Shown piece after piece: positions 31,331-46,756 of a stretch of DNA of 64,000 nt. Each line of letters opens with the position of its first letter. Within the stretch, counting starts at the first letter, position 1. The stretch is taken from assembly GCF_009914755.1 (NCBI RefSeq), contig NC_060942.1, one strand, 5' to 3'. Source of the DNA: the human T2T-CHM13v2.0 reference genome, Homo sapiens. A model generated the notes under the pieces. The model had not been told where the DNA came from and made no database searches. It saw nothing but the letters and a program-made list of their open reading frames with translations. A program made the translations under genes and the position numbers.

Positions 31331-33624
31331 CAAATTCATTAAGAGAAGTTTGACCTCAGATTGTCAGCCCCAGTTGCCTGTGTGGCCTGCCTCCGACTCA
31401 GAGACCACCCTGCCATGTTAGAATGGCTACACCTGCCAGCAAGGCACAAAAGAAAGTGAAAGAGACAGAACGTTTGCCCCAAAAGTGAAAGCAGAACTGG
31501 TGAAGGCCACCTGCCACAGCAAGGGAGAGAGGAGAAAGCTGCCCAAGACCTGGGGTGGGGGTGGAGGGGGGCAGGGGGAAGAGTGGGGGAAGACACAGAA
31601 GAAAGGATGCTTCTGGGCCTCATCCCCTGGGCAGTAGCCCTGACACTAGTGTCCTTTCTGGCCTCAGAAACCCCAGAGGGAGCCATAAGAGTCCACACCC
31701 AAGCATGCTAGGACCTAACTCAGCACAGTGGTAGTGGAAGCCTCACTGGGGAATATGAGATTCCCCATATTTTACCCTATCCTTAGGGATGATTCCCAAA
31801 TCAACATTTAAAGGAAATGAAATCGGTCTTCAATGCTGTTAATAATCCTGACCCAATCTCTCTCTTTGATCTATTATTTGTCCTATGTACACTTTGTACA
31901 CAGTGGTTTTCTCATTGGCTCCAGACTCTGCCTTGACCTGTGTATTCCCTTTGCCTTTGCTTCAAAAGTATAATCTCCCACCTGATCTGGCCTCTCTTCC
32001 TTTGATAGCTATTTACATGGTCTCTTCTTCTATCCCAACTATTCTGTGCACTTTCCCCACCAACCTCAGCCCATGTGGCTCTCTCCTTTCCCTGAGCTCT
32101 TCGGATGCCCACTATCTGTGGCTCTCCCTAAGATTTAGCATTTACCACCATGTTTATATGTCTTGTTCCCTTTCATCAATTATAATTCCATAAAGAAATC
32201 CTTGACAACCCCAAAACACCTAATCCATCACATTGCATATGTTTAGTATGCAATAACCGTTTTAATTTTTAAAACTACTTACACTGTGCTTACCTTACAG
32301 AGGATTTAAACAGGTGGTTTCAGTATACTTTGGTTGATGGATGGATGGATCAACTGACTGATTAAAGGTATTGCTTACCTTTATATATATTACGTATATA
32401 TCATATATATCATATATATATAAAGTGAGGTTCACACAGTATGAAAGGTCCTCAGTAAATGAAGGAGATCACCATCGCCAACCTGCTTGATGGTGGGATG
32501 TAAGTTGTCTTTAAGTAAATTACAATAAGCATATACCTTTTGGCTGTGCAGGTGTGAAATCCAGGGTTAAATTTCCTCCTGCACCTACAACATACATAAC
32601 GAAACAAATGTAGAAACAAATAATAGGGAAGTAAGTTATAGATGGTCCTTTAGAAGTCAATTTCATCTGCGCATCTAACCATAAAAGCAGCATCTGCTCT
32701 GCTAAATACAGGTGTTTTATATCCTTGTCATTAATTGGAGGGGACATTATGTCATCATACATCAACAGTTAAGGTTGGTGAAAGTGCCACTTATCTCAGG
32801 TGCTGTCATTAATCAGGTTCTTTTCAGCTTGGTGACTCCAGAGGCTCGTCTCGAAGCTGCTCTATGTGAATGGGTTTTCCCTGTAGGTTTGAGGTGTCCT
32901 TTTATTATCATTTTGAATGAAAACCTTGGGACCCAGACGTAAGAGGCCATTAAGGGAGCTGTTTCGATGCTTCAGAGAAGAGAGACATTTTCCTCCATCA
33001 CCTTCATTGCCCCCACTCTCTGTGTCTCCACCAAGCAGCCACGGTGGAGAGGAAGGCAAAGCAGCACAAGCTGTTGTCTCATCACGGTTTAACCCATTAC
33101 TGAATTTCAACAAACCAGTGCAGCTGGTGCTTCAACAGAGCTGGAAAGCAGCAGAGTCCTAGAAGGAAGCACTGTCTCTTTCTATCTGACACCGATGTCA
33201 TCTAGGTGCCTTCTTGGCTACCTCAAACCCACAGTATGGTGTCCCTTCCAGACAGGCTTCTGGGACACATTCTTCCTTGTCTCTGCTTTCATTGAAAATA
33301 TCTGTCCTTAAAATGTCTGCCCTTTATCCCATTCCTGCAAAGCCACTGGAAGTGGCGTAAGTTGTCAGGAGCAATAATGGCAGCCTATTTAAGTAATGAT
33401 GTTATAATTTCAGCACCTTGAGCCTAAGAATTAAAGCAAATATGTTCAGGTAGCAACTTGCAAATTAATATGGGGAGTCAAGTCATTTGATCCATATCAA
33501 ATTCTTACTCAGGGAGCTTCTACTCGGCTCTGAAAATAGAATCTCCTACCTATCCCACCTTGGTACCTGATTGTTTCAACATGTGCAGGAGACTGAAAGA
33601 ATAAGGTGGGGAGTGTGCTTATGA

Positions 33625-33970
33625 TTCATCTATTCAATAGATATGTGTTGAGTGTGAGGCACTGTGCAGGGAGAAGATACAGTGGTGTTCATGATCAGAC
33701 ACCATCCTTGCTCTCAAGGCTTTACAGTGTGGATGGATGTGATAGAAATGAACCAAATAGCAATCAAAAAATGTAAACTCTAAAGTGATAACTGTGATTA
33801 GTTCTCTAGAGGACAGCATTGTATATCTGGGCAAATATATGAACATACCATGATCTGGAGTAGGAATAGAAGTTGATCAAGGGAGGTGTGGGGAGGGATG
33901 AAGAGTGTCCCTAGAAAGGGAACAGCAAACACCAAGTGCTGTGCTAGGAGGAAGCATGAAGAACCCCAGA
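33625..33970 (-). mobile_element. L2 fragment (continues at ~35316-35440 beyond the LTR)
   Basis: TTCATCTATTCAATAGATATGTGTTGAGTG...CCTTGCTCTCAAGGCTTTACAGT. Confidence 0.7.
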
Positions 33971-34009
33971 ATTTGAAATGCCCTGGTGGTAGGCAAAATT
34001 CTAAGATCC

Positions 34010-34315
34010 TGCCAGGCTCCGTGGCTCATGCCTGTAATCCCAGCACTTTGGGAGGCTGAGGTGGGGGGATTGCTTGAGGCCAGGAGTTGGAGATCAGCCT
34101 GGCTAACATGGCAAAACACTGTCTCTACTAAAAATACATAAATTAGCCGGGTGTGGTGGCACTCACCTATAATCCCAGCTACTCAGGAGGCTGAGGCAGG
34201 AGAATTGCTTGAACCTCGGGAGGCAGAGTTTGCAGTGAGCTGAGACTGCGCCACTGCACTACAGCCAGGGTGACAGTGCAAAGTTCTGTCTCAAAAAAAA
34301 AAAAAAAAAAAAAAA
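34010..34315 (+). mobile_element. AluS element
   Basis: Full dimer, A23 tail, degenerate TSD AATTCTAAGATCC/AATTATAATATCC. Confidence 0.95.
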
Positions 34316-34690
34316 GAATTATAATATCCCCCTAGGTCCCCAGTTTCTGGGACTGTGAATATGACGGATTTTACTCCCGAGGTTAGGTCATATATGATAT
34401 GACACAGTGAGCATTTAGAAGGAAAGACTATCCAGGTAGTTCTGACATCATCCCAAAAGCCTTTAAATCTGAGTCTAGAAGTCAGAGGCTGAGGAAGTCA
34501 AAGATTCTGAGGACAAGAAGATTCAAATGGTTTCTGGCTTAAAGATGGAAGGAACCGCCTGGCAAGAAATATGGGCCACCTCTCACAGCCGAGAGAGACC
34601 CCAGTTGGCAGCCAGCAAGGAAATGGGAGTTTTCAGCCCTACAAGTGCAAGAATGCAAGAAACTGCATTCTGAATAGAAGAATGACTTTG

Positions 34691-35110
34691 TGTATCCATT
34701 TCTTAAGGCTGCCGTACCAAGGCACCACAGACTGGATGGCTTAAACAACTGAAATTTATTCTCATTGTTTTGAAAGCTAGAAGTCTGAGATTGAATGGTT
34801 GGCAGGACTTTTTGCCCTTAAAAGAGGGAAGTGTCTTTTCCAGGACTTTCTCCTTGGCTTGCAGATAGTCTATATCATCTCATCATAATCTGTCTCTTCA
34901 CATCATCTACCCTCTAAGCATTTAGGAATTTGTGTCATAATTTGCCCGTTTTGTAAGGACCAGTCATGTTGGATTGGAGCTCATTTGATGAACTCATTTT
35001 AACTTGATGGCCTCTACAAAGACCATATCTCCAAATAAGGTCACATTCTGAGGTCTTCGGGGTTATGACTTCAACATATGAATTTGAGGTGGGGGCATAA
35101 TTCAATCTGT
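34691..35110 (-). mobile_element. MLT1B/C MaLR LTR nested in MLT1E
   Basis: GGCTTAAACAAC...CCAAATAAGGTCACATTCTGAGGT...GACTTCAACATATGAATTT. Confidence 0.85.
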
Positions 35111-36123
35111 AATTAAAGTGGATTCTTTTCTCAGAGCCTACAGATGAGAATTCAGGCTGGTCAGTTCCTTGATTCAGCTTTGTGATACCCTAAACAGAGC
35201 AGCCAGCCATGCCACGCCTGCACTTCTGACCTACTGTGAAGCTAATAAATGGGTGTTGTTTTAAGCTGCAAAGTTTGTGGTAATTTGTTGGGTAGCAATC
35301 AAAAAACATAGCACAGAAAAGGTTGGCAGGGCCAGGCCACACAGGGTCATGAAAGCAGGGGCAAAAAATTTTGTCTTTATCCTGAGAACAATGAGAAGCC
35401 ACCAAAGGCATTAGGAATGTCATGCTCACATTCTGTTTCTCTTTTGGGCTTCTCTTTTTGCTCTTTGTCCTCTTTCCAAATAAAAATCCCAAAGGAGTGG
35501 GTGGCTGCAGAGAAAAATGGGAAGTTCCTTGTCCCACCTTAATCCTTAGGGCATATTATTAAAAAAAAAAAAAGGGAAAGAAGAGGAGAACAAGATGGAG
35601 ATAAATTCCATTTTTTAAGGGCACATTCTGAGTCCAGTTACTATTCTGAAGCTTTCAGTGCATTTTCAGATTTAATTCTCACTATAAGCCTCTTCTAACC
35701 CCTATTGTAGTAACATGCCCAAGGTTATCAGCTAGGGGGAGTGTAATTGGAACTTGAATCCAGGCCTGCTGGCTCCAAAGCTCATTTTTAAAGCTCATTA
35801 CTTTAAAACCATCCCCCTACCCTGTCTCACCAGTATTATTTTAATACAGCGTGATATATCATATCCAAGTCTTAGAAGAGTGCACAGATTACGCAGAACA
35901 GGTATGAGTACAAAGAATGAGAATGCCATGGTGGTAAGGGTCAGACAGATGGGCCCAGTTGAAAATGAGCAGCAGAACTTGTACAAGAGCCCGGTCACCT
36001 TTCTGTCTGGTCCCTTTTATTCTCCTTCCTTTTCTTGCCTAAATAAAGTTCATGTCTGAGGACTGGAGTGGCATAGGTAATAATAATTCTTCCCTTGGGC
36101 TTTAGGGAGAGGTAAAGTGTTTT

Positions 36124-36267
36124 CATTTATTATTTATTTTTATTTTTGTAGAGATGGGGGTCTTGCTATGTTACCCAGGCTGGTCTCGAACTCCTGGCCT
36201 TAGGGAATCCTCTCACCTTGGCTTTCCAAGGTGTTGAGATTATGGGCGTGAGCCATCACACCCAGTC
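36124..36267 (-). mobile_element. FLAM (free left Alu monomer)
   Basis: Single left monomer with tail and TSD TAAAGTGTTTT/TAGAGTGTTTT. Confidence 0.85.
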
Positions 36268-37346
36268 TAGAGTGTTTTTAAAACCCTTCTTAAGAACAAC
36301 CAAGCTCTGAATGGTCCTTAGCATCCCTGGGGGGCATTGCGCGTTTCAGCTGGCCAGCACCGAGGAATGCGAGATGCAGAGCTAGGAAGAGATCTGCTGA
36401 TCCATCTCAGGGCACTTGTGAAGATTTGAAGAATACATACTGGTTACCCATCAACCTATCTGTAGTCACTCCCTGAAACAAGGGTAATTTAAACCTTATC
36501 AAAAACCCTTAAGGCAACAGTGAATATTCTATTTTTTTCTTTCAGTGAATTACAAGTAGTACCTAGCTTATTATATTCCCTAGATAACTATTACATTTTA
36601 TATTCTTTACCTTCTTTTAAAAAGAAGGATGCACTAGTTTTCTAGCATTCATTTACATGCCTTTGATAAATTACTGTAACCAGATTAGGGAGATAAAATA
36701 ACCAGTCTATTAATTACAGTGATTATTATTTAATGGAAAATGGGATTCTAGGCAAAGTGTGTAGTGAGAAGAAAGCTTAGCAATGCATTATACAGATGTG
36801 GTATTTTATCTTAAAGAGTAAGATAAGTGTCCAGTCTGCTTCACAATCTAGAGAATATGTTCATTAGCTCTGCAAGATTTATATGTATAATTGACCATAA
36901 TATTTTAACACTATTTGCTTGATTTGGAGGTACAAGAAGAACAAGGAAAAACTGTAACTTCAATTAAATTGAATAAATTCCTCAATGAACATATTAAAGG
37001 CCAGATCTACCCAGCAATGTGGGAAGCAGAGGGCTGAACAAGAGTTCAAAACTTTTTTTTTAATTAAACAATACATTATTCTAACTTGAAGTCATTGGGA
37101 GTTTATATTTAAAAGGATAGGGGTTGAAAGGAGAGCTTCCCCCACATCAATTATCCTCATAATTAACTTCAAAAATAACCAAAAAGGTAACATTTGGAGA
37201 AATGTTGGTACTTTCTAAAAAAGAAACAGCATTATGGCCAAATCCCGAATGAATCACCAAGCGACATTTGATCTTGTCTCACTCCCATCAACTATGAAAA
37301 AGAGAATAAGATTGCACCTACCATCGTGGAGTTACATGAATTAAAG

Positions 37347-37678
37347 TAGGCTTCTATCTACAAACTCTGGCCAAATCTAGCCAACTGCTGTTTTTGTGTG
37401 GCCCTCGACCTATGAATGGCTTTTATATTTTTAAATGTTTGGGAAAAGAAAATCAAAATAACAATACTCTTTTGTGATGTGAAAATTTTATGAAATTCAA
37501 ATTTCAGTGTTCATAAATAAAGTTTTATTGGAACACAGCTATCCTCACTCACATATTGTCTGTGGCTGCTTTAGTGCTATAATAGCAGAATTGAGTATTT
37601 GTGACAGAGACCATATGGCCAACAAAGGCTAAAATATTTATCATCTGGCCTTTTATAGAAAAAGTTTGCCGACCCCTG
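37347..37678 (+). mobile_element. MER58B-like hAT-Charlie MITE inside a MIR
   Basis: AAATAAAGTTTTATTGGAACACAGC...GAAAAAGTTTGCCGACCCCTG; 8-bp TSD-like AATTAAAG/AACAAAAG. Confidence 0.85.
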
Positions 37679-37694
37679 AACAAAAGGAGTAACA

Positions 37695-37866
37695 CACAAA
37701 TTCTCAATATTCATTACACATCACCTGGGGAGCTTTAAAAAAACCCATTTGCCCATGTTACACACCAGACCAATTAAATAAGAATCTCTGGGAGTAGACT
37801 CCAGGCATCAATAATTTAAAAACTTCCCAGGAAATTCCAATGTCCAGCCAGATACGAGAACCAGCA
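37695..37866. mobile_element. MER5-type MITE
   Basis: CATCACCTGGGGAGCTTTAAAAA...CCAGACCAATTAAATAAGAATCTCTGGG. Confidence 0.8.
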
Positions 37867-38311
37867 GACTTACATGCTATGTATGGTGTATAAACTTAAC
37901 ACATAGTAAGACCTCGGTAATTGTTAGCTGGCTCGATAAAATAAATCCTCCTTTTTAATTCCTCATTGTATTTCAGTAAAATGTTATTAAATATGCACTG
38001 GGTGCAAAATGTTTTGTTTTTCTTCCCTCACTCTTTCCTCCCTGCCTACCTCTATTCTGACCTGCATGTAAGAGTTAAAACAAGAAGAAACACTAAGTTT
38101 CCCTATAGGACTTTAATTTCTAAACATTCACACGCTCAGTATTTTATGTTTTCATTTATTCATTCCACAGATTTTTAATGTGTAATATCAAGTTTTACAC
38201 AATACTTATGGCACGTAAGTGCTCCCAAGATGTGGTTTCAAGGTTCTGGAAAATGCCCAGGGTTCTTGTAAACAGCCCTTTGAATCTTCTAGGGTTCTTG
38301 TAAATAATCCT

Positions 38312-38667
38312 TGATATGGTTTGGCTGTGTCCCCACCCAAATCTCATCTTGAATTGTAGCTCCCATAATTCCCATGTGTTGTGGGAGAGACCCAGTGGGA
38401 AGTAATTGAATCATGGGGGTGAGTCTTTCCTGTGTTGTTCTCCTGATAGTGAATAAGTCTCGCAGATCTGATGGTTTTATAAAGGGGATGCACATGCTCT
38501 CCTGCCTGCTGCCATGTGAGATGTGACTTTGCTCCTCCTTCTCCTTCTGCCATGATTGTGAGGCCTCCCCAGCCATGTGGAACTGTGAGTCAATTAAACC
38601 TCTTTCCTTCATAAAATACCCAATCTTGGGTATGTCTTTATTAGAAGTGTGAGAACAGACTAATACA
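38312..38667 (+). mobile_element. THE1 solo LTR
   Basis: TGATATGGTTTGGCTGTG...GACTAATACA; TSD ATCCT/GTCCT. Confidence 0.95.
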
Positions 38668-38934
38668 GTCCTATATAATCTGACTGGCTTAATAGTAGGC
38701 TTAAATTAACAAATGCATGGCATCTTCAATAGGCAATAACTAAAAAGAGCTCTTAAATGTATGTGTAGTAAACCAACCAAAATAATTGATTGGCCGGGTA
38801 TGTCCACTCCACGTGTATAAAACCCAAGAGTAGTTTACTTTTTTGTCACAATCTAAATCCTCTAAAATGAGAACACCCTCTAAGTCTTCCCAAACAAGAA
38901 ATGGATATGGACAGAGATAGAGCTACAAGTAGGA

Positions 38935-39110
38935 CAGAGAGATTAAGTACATGGATTTTTGAATTCACACCACCAAGTTCAATTCCAGCTTCATTGGACA
39001 CTAGCTTCATGATCTTAGGGCAATCACTTACCTCTCATGGCCTCGATTTTCTCAGCTGGAAAATGGGAATAACAATTCCAATCTCGTAGAAATGAGGAAA
39101 TTATTTTCTA
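38935..39110 (+). mobile_element. MIR SINE
   Basis: GGGCAATCACTTACCTCTC...GAAAATGGGAATAACAAT. Confidence 0.75.
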
Positions 39111-39244
39111 AACACATTTTTTTAAATTGTGGGGGTTTCCCCTAATTCTTAGACTGCGAGGCTGAAAGACGGTCTTAGAGCCTGGTGAACAGGGATCAAC
39201 CCCTCTATGCCCGGCACTTGGCACTCCTCATCTGAGGTCCTCAC

Positions 39245-39532
39245 TTTTTTGTTTTGTTTTGTTTTTTTGAGACAGAGCCTCACTCTGTCACCCAGGTTAG
39301 AGTGCAGTGCCACAACCTTGGCTCACTGCAACCTCCGCCTTCTGAGTTCAAGTAATTCTTGTACCTCAGCCTCCCGAGTAGCTGGGACAACAGGCACGTG
39401 CCACCATACCCAGCTAGTTTTTCTATTTTTAATAGAGACAGGGTTTCACAACGTTGGCCAGGCCTTAAGTGATCCACCCACCTTGGCCTCCCAAAGTGCT
39501 GAGATTACAGGCATGAGCCACCGCTCCTGGCT
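39245..39532 (-). mobile_element. Alu (S/J) with short left-arm deletion
   Basis: Dimer; GGCCAGGC joined directly to CTTAAGTGATCC. Confidence 0.94.
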
Positions 39533-40159
39533 GAGCATTGTTCTTTATGGCCAAATATGAACTCCTTGAAGGAAGGGATTATAATTATACAGACACTCCC
39601 CAAATTACATCACAGTCCCATTCAAGAAGGCCTTGCAAAGCATGGATTTGATGTACGTTGAAAATACAGACTTCACAAAGACCTTTAAATTACCCATAGC
39701 TCTTTGGAGAAATTAGAAGACTAACAGCTCCTATTTGCATTTTTTCAGGACATTGGCCTCAAGGTCAAGTATATCTTTCACAGCCTTCAATACTGGAGTT
39801 GCTTTTAACTCTCGAAAATATATATTCTTAGGGGCATGTTTTCTCTACAGTCAATCTCTTTTCATTCATATAAGACTTTCTGAAGACTTTCTGTGCTGTG
39901 TCATCTCCTGTATTTCTTTTTAATATTCCCACTTTTTTTCTTGCTTTTTGTGTCTATTCCAGCAGTCTCAACATGCATTTTTTTATCATGTAAATTCCGA
40001 CATGACCCACTAGTAGCCTCATACTGCAAGAGTTCACAGTACTTTCTCTTTCCTTTTTCTGACTTCAAGACTTTGCTTAGACGGTCATTAGGCTAAGTGA
40101 CAAGCATTTTAAACTATGACTCATCATCTTCCTTGTAAGTCAGTCCTCTATTTCTATGA

Positions 40160-40555
<396 letters not shown>

Positions 40556-41037
40556 TAAATTACCATAATTTAAAAAATATTTCCCAAATGAAGTTCATGA
40601 AATTTAGACTGTGGATGCCTTTGGTTTTTTAACATTTTTATTTTCTATTATAAATTCCTCTTCTTAAATTAGAAACTGATCCTCTCTTCTTGCTCTTACT
40701 TTGCCAATTTTTAGTCCTGAATAAAATAAAGCAAAGGGGAGAATAAAACTAATAAACTAAAATAACACAAGATAATGCAATGAGAATACACATGGTACCA
40801 GAAACCACATGGGATTGAACAGAAGGGCCTTCCCTCTCATGTGAGTGCCTTCTGCCTTTCCCTCTCTATTCCCAATATTCGTCTCTGCCTGAGATAGTTT
40901 ACATTTCCATATATCACACTAATATTTTCACATCTCTAAAACTATATTCTCTCCCTTATAGAACAACTTACAAAAGGTTGATGTTATGCAAATCAAGAGT
41001 TGCACAATCTAAGAGTCTCTGACTTCTGCTTTACACA

Positions 41038-41150
41038 ATTTTTTTTTTTTAGTTTAGGAGCAAAGTTTTAATAGGCAAGAGAGAGAGAAAGAGAAAGGAA
41101 AACAGCTCTCTCTCTAGTGACAGAGAGGGGACTTCTGAGAGGAAAGGCCC
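41038..41150 (-). mobile_element. Polyadenylated ERV1 LTR fragment (LTR9/MER61-like), L1-mobilised
   Basis: Minus strand GAAGTCCCCTCTCTGTCACTAGAGAGAGAGCTG...TTGCCTATTAAAACTTTGCTCCTAAACT + A12; TSD GCTTT(A/G)CACA. Confidence 0.75.
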
Positions 41151-41288
41151 GCTTTGCACATTTTATTTATTTAGTTGGTGTTAGTTGATTGATTTCTCTG
41201 TAACAACAGAGCTCAGGGACCTTAATACCTGACCGCACAAACCAAATAGAAAGCGTTGACAAATGTCTAAGAGACCCAATCATCTACT

Positions 41289-41535
41289 ATATTAGTTGAC
41301 TATTGCTGTATAACAATTACCCCCAAAATTAGTTTTTTGAAACAGAAAACACAAATTATGTCACAGTCTCTGTGGGGCAAGAATTCAGGTGCAACTTAGC
41401 AGGGTGCCCTTGGTTCAACGTCTCTCACAAATCAAAGTGTTGGCTGGGCATGCCGTCCTATCTGAAGGCTTTTCTGATGGGTATCTGTCTCCAAGCTCAC
41501 TCAACTGGTTGCTAGCAGGATCTAATTCCTTGTGC
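41289..41535 (-). mobile_element. MLT1F-like LTR, partial
   Basis: CTATTGCTGTATAACAATTACCCCCAAA...TCTGTGGGGCAAGAATTCAGG. Confidence 0.75.
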
Positions 41536-41589
41536 CACATGATGTATGTAGTATGTGCATGTCTCCATAGCACATACGGAAAGGTGTAG

Positions 41590-44600
<3,011 letters not shown>

Positions 44601-44690
44601 AACAATATAAAAGTAGTATTTGGTCTACGGAAATAAATCTTTTGTTGTCTTTTTTGATGTTTCCCCATCCCCTGAGCTTATTCTTTTTAC

Positions 44691-45988
44691 TATGTGTATA
44701 CACATATATAGATATATTATATATGTATATATACAGATGTATATATACATATATGTGTATATATGTACATATATACATATGTACACACACATGTGTATAT
44801 CTGTACATATATACATATGTACACACACGTGTATATATGTATATATACAGATGTACATATACATATATGTGTATATATGTATATATACAGATGTACATAT
44901 ACATATATGTGTATATATGTATATATACAGATGTACATATACATATATGTGTATATACGTATATATACAGGTGTACATATACATATATGTGTATATACGT
45001 ATATGTACACCTGTATATATACATATATGTGTATATACGTATACGTACACCTGTATATATACATATATGTGTATATACATATACGTACACCTGTATATAT
45101 ACATATATGTGTATATACATATACGTACATCTGTATATATACATATGTGTATATACGTATATACATATGTATATACACACATAGGTATACAGATGTATAT
45201 ACACATATGTGTATATACGTATATACACATATATGTGTATATATGTGTATATATGTGTGTATATACACATATATGTGTATATATGTGTATATATGTGTGT
45301 ATATACACATATATGTGTATATATGTGTATATATGTGTGTATATACACATATATGTGTATATATGTGTATATACGTGTGTATATACACACATATGTGTAT
45401 ATATGTGTATATACATATGTATATACACACATATGTGTATATATGTGTGTATATACACACATATGTGTATATATGTGTGTATATACATATGTATATACAC
45501 ATATATGTGTATATATGTGTGTATATACATATGTATATACACATATGTGTATATATGTGTATATACATATGTGTGTATGCATATATGTGTATATATGTGT
45601 ATATGCATATGTGTGTATGCATATATGTGTATATATGTGTATATGCATATGTGTGTATGCATATATGTGTATATATGTGTATATGCATATGTGTGTATGC
45701 ATATATGTGTATATATGTGTATATGCATGTGTGTATGCATATATGTGTGCATATGTGTCTATGCATGTGTGTATGCATATATGTGTATATGCATGTGTGT
45801 ATGCATATGTGTCTATGCATATATGTGTATATATGTGTATATGCATGTGTGTATATATGTGTATATGCATATGTGTATATATGTATATATGTGTATATAC
45901 ATATATGTGTATGTATGTATATATGTGTATATACATATATGTGTATGTATATATGTATATACGTATATATACATATATAATATATCTA

Positions 45989-46020
<32 letters not shown>
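44691..46020. repeat. 1.3-kb compound (TA/TG/CA)n alternating purine-pyrimidine array with 40-bp higher-order units
   Basis: Near-continuous RY alternation; 40-bp units visible at 44841-45000, 45001-45140, 45221-45390 and 45571-45740. Confidence 0.98.
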
Positions 46021-46059
46021 AAATTTGCAAGCATTTGTGAGAAGGTAACATTTGGAAAT

Positions 46060-46362
46060 TACTAAATGGTAACCCCTAAATTTCCCTCCAACCTCCACTA
46101 TCATATTCAGCTGCAAACTTCCACTCACTTTATCACATTACCCTGCCTTACTTTTAAAAAATTTTCTTCACAACCTTCTAGGTGAAGTCAGGTCATTTAC
46201 ACATTTGCATAATTGCTATTCATTTTTTTCCGCCAACTTGTAATCTCCATAAGATCAGGGACTTGAACTGTTTATGCACAAAGCTATATCCCAGTACCTA
46301 AGACAATGACTGATATATAGTTGAGGCTCAAATATATGTTGAATAAATGAGTGAGTGAATGA
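46060..46362 (+). mobile_element. L2a 3' end
   Basis: TATATCCCAGTACCTAAGACAATGACTG...GGCTCAAATATATGTTGAATAAATGAGTGAGTGAATGA. Confidence 0.8.
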
Positions 46363-46756
46363 GTTTGTTTTGGCAGAGTTGGTTTACTTTTTGTGGTTAT
46401 GCAAAGATTGATTGCCTCTTGAGAATCTTTTCGAATTAGGCCTACTAATTTTTTCTATTAAGCAGTGAGGCTGACCTTCCAGGCAGTGGTATATGATAGA
46501 AATCACTCAAGTCTAGAAGTCAGTAGAGCTGGACTCCAGTTCTGATCTTACCACACACAAGCTTCTTAAATAAATCAGTTTTGAAGTTCTTGCTACACAA
46601 GATTAGCCCTAATCAAAAGCTGAAAAGGTCAAGAGGCTGCTGCCCTCGCTCCCCGTGTGCTGTTTTATATCTTCAGCAGGGTCCGCATGCTCTCCTCCAT
46701 GCCCATGCCCTCTCCTGCTTCACTCTCCCAGTTGATGGTAAGGCTGCCTGAGCCTC

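Larger units (their letters stand above)
33985..35315 (+). mobile_element. MLT1E-like MaLR LTR with nested Alu and nested opposite-strand MLT1
   Basis: GTGGTAGGCAAAATTCTAAGAT start; GCAGCCAGCAAGGAAATGGG; TAATAAATGGGTGTTGTTTTAAGCTG end. Confidence 0.85.

Noticed and set aside
36330-36490. CpG-retaining patch with a minus-strand acceptor-like CCCTTGTTTCAG
   Set aside because: Only weak donors giving 26-32 nt exons and no coherent reading frame; too short for a CpG island
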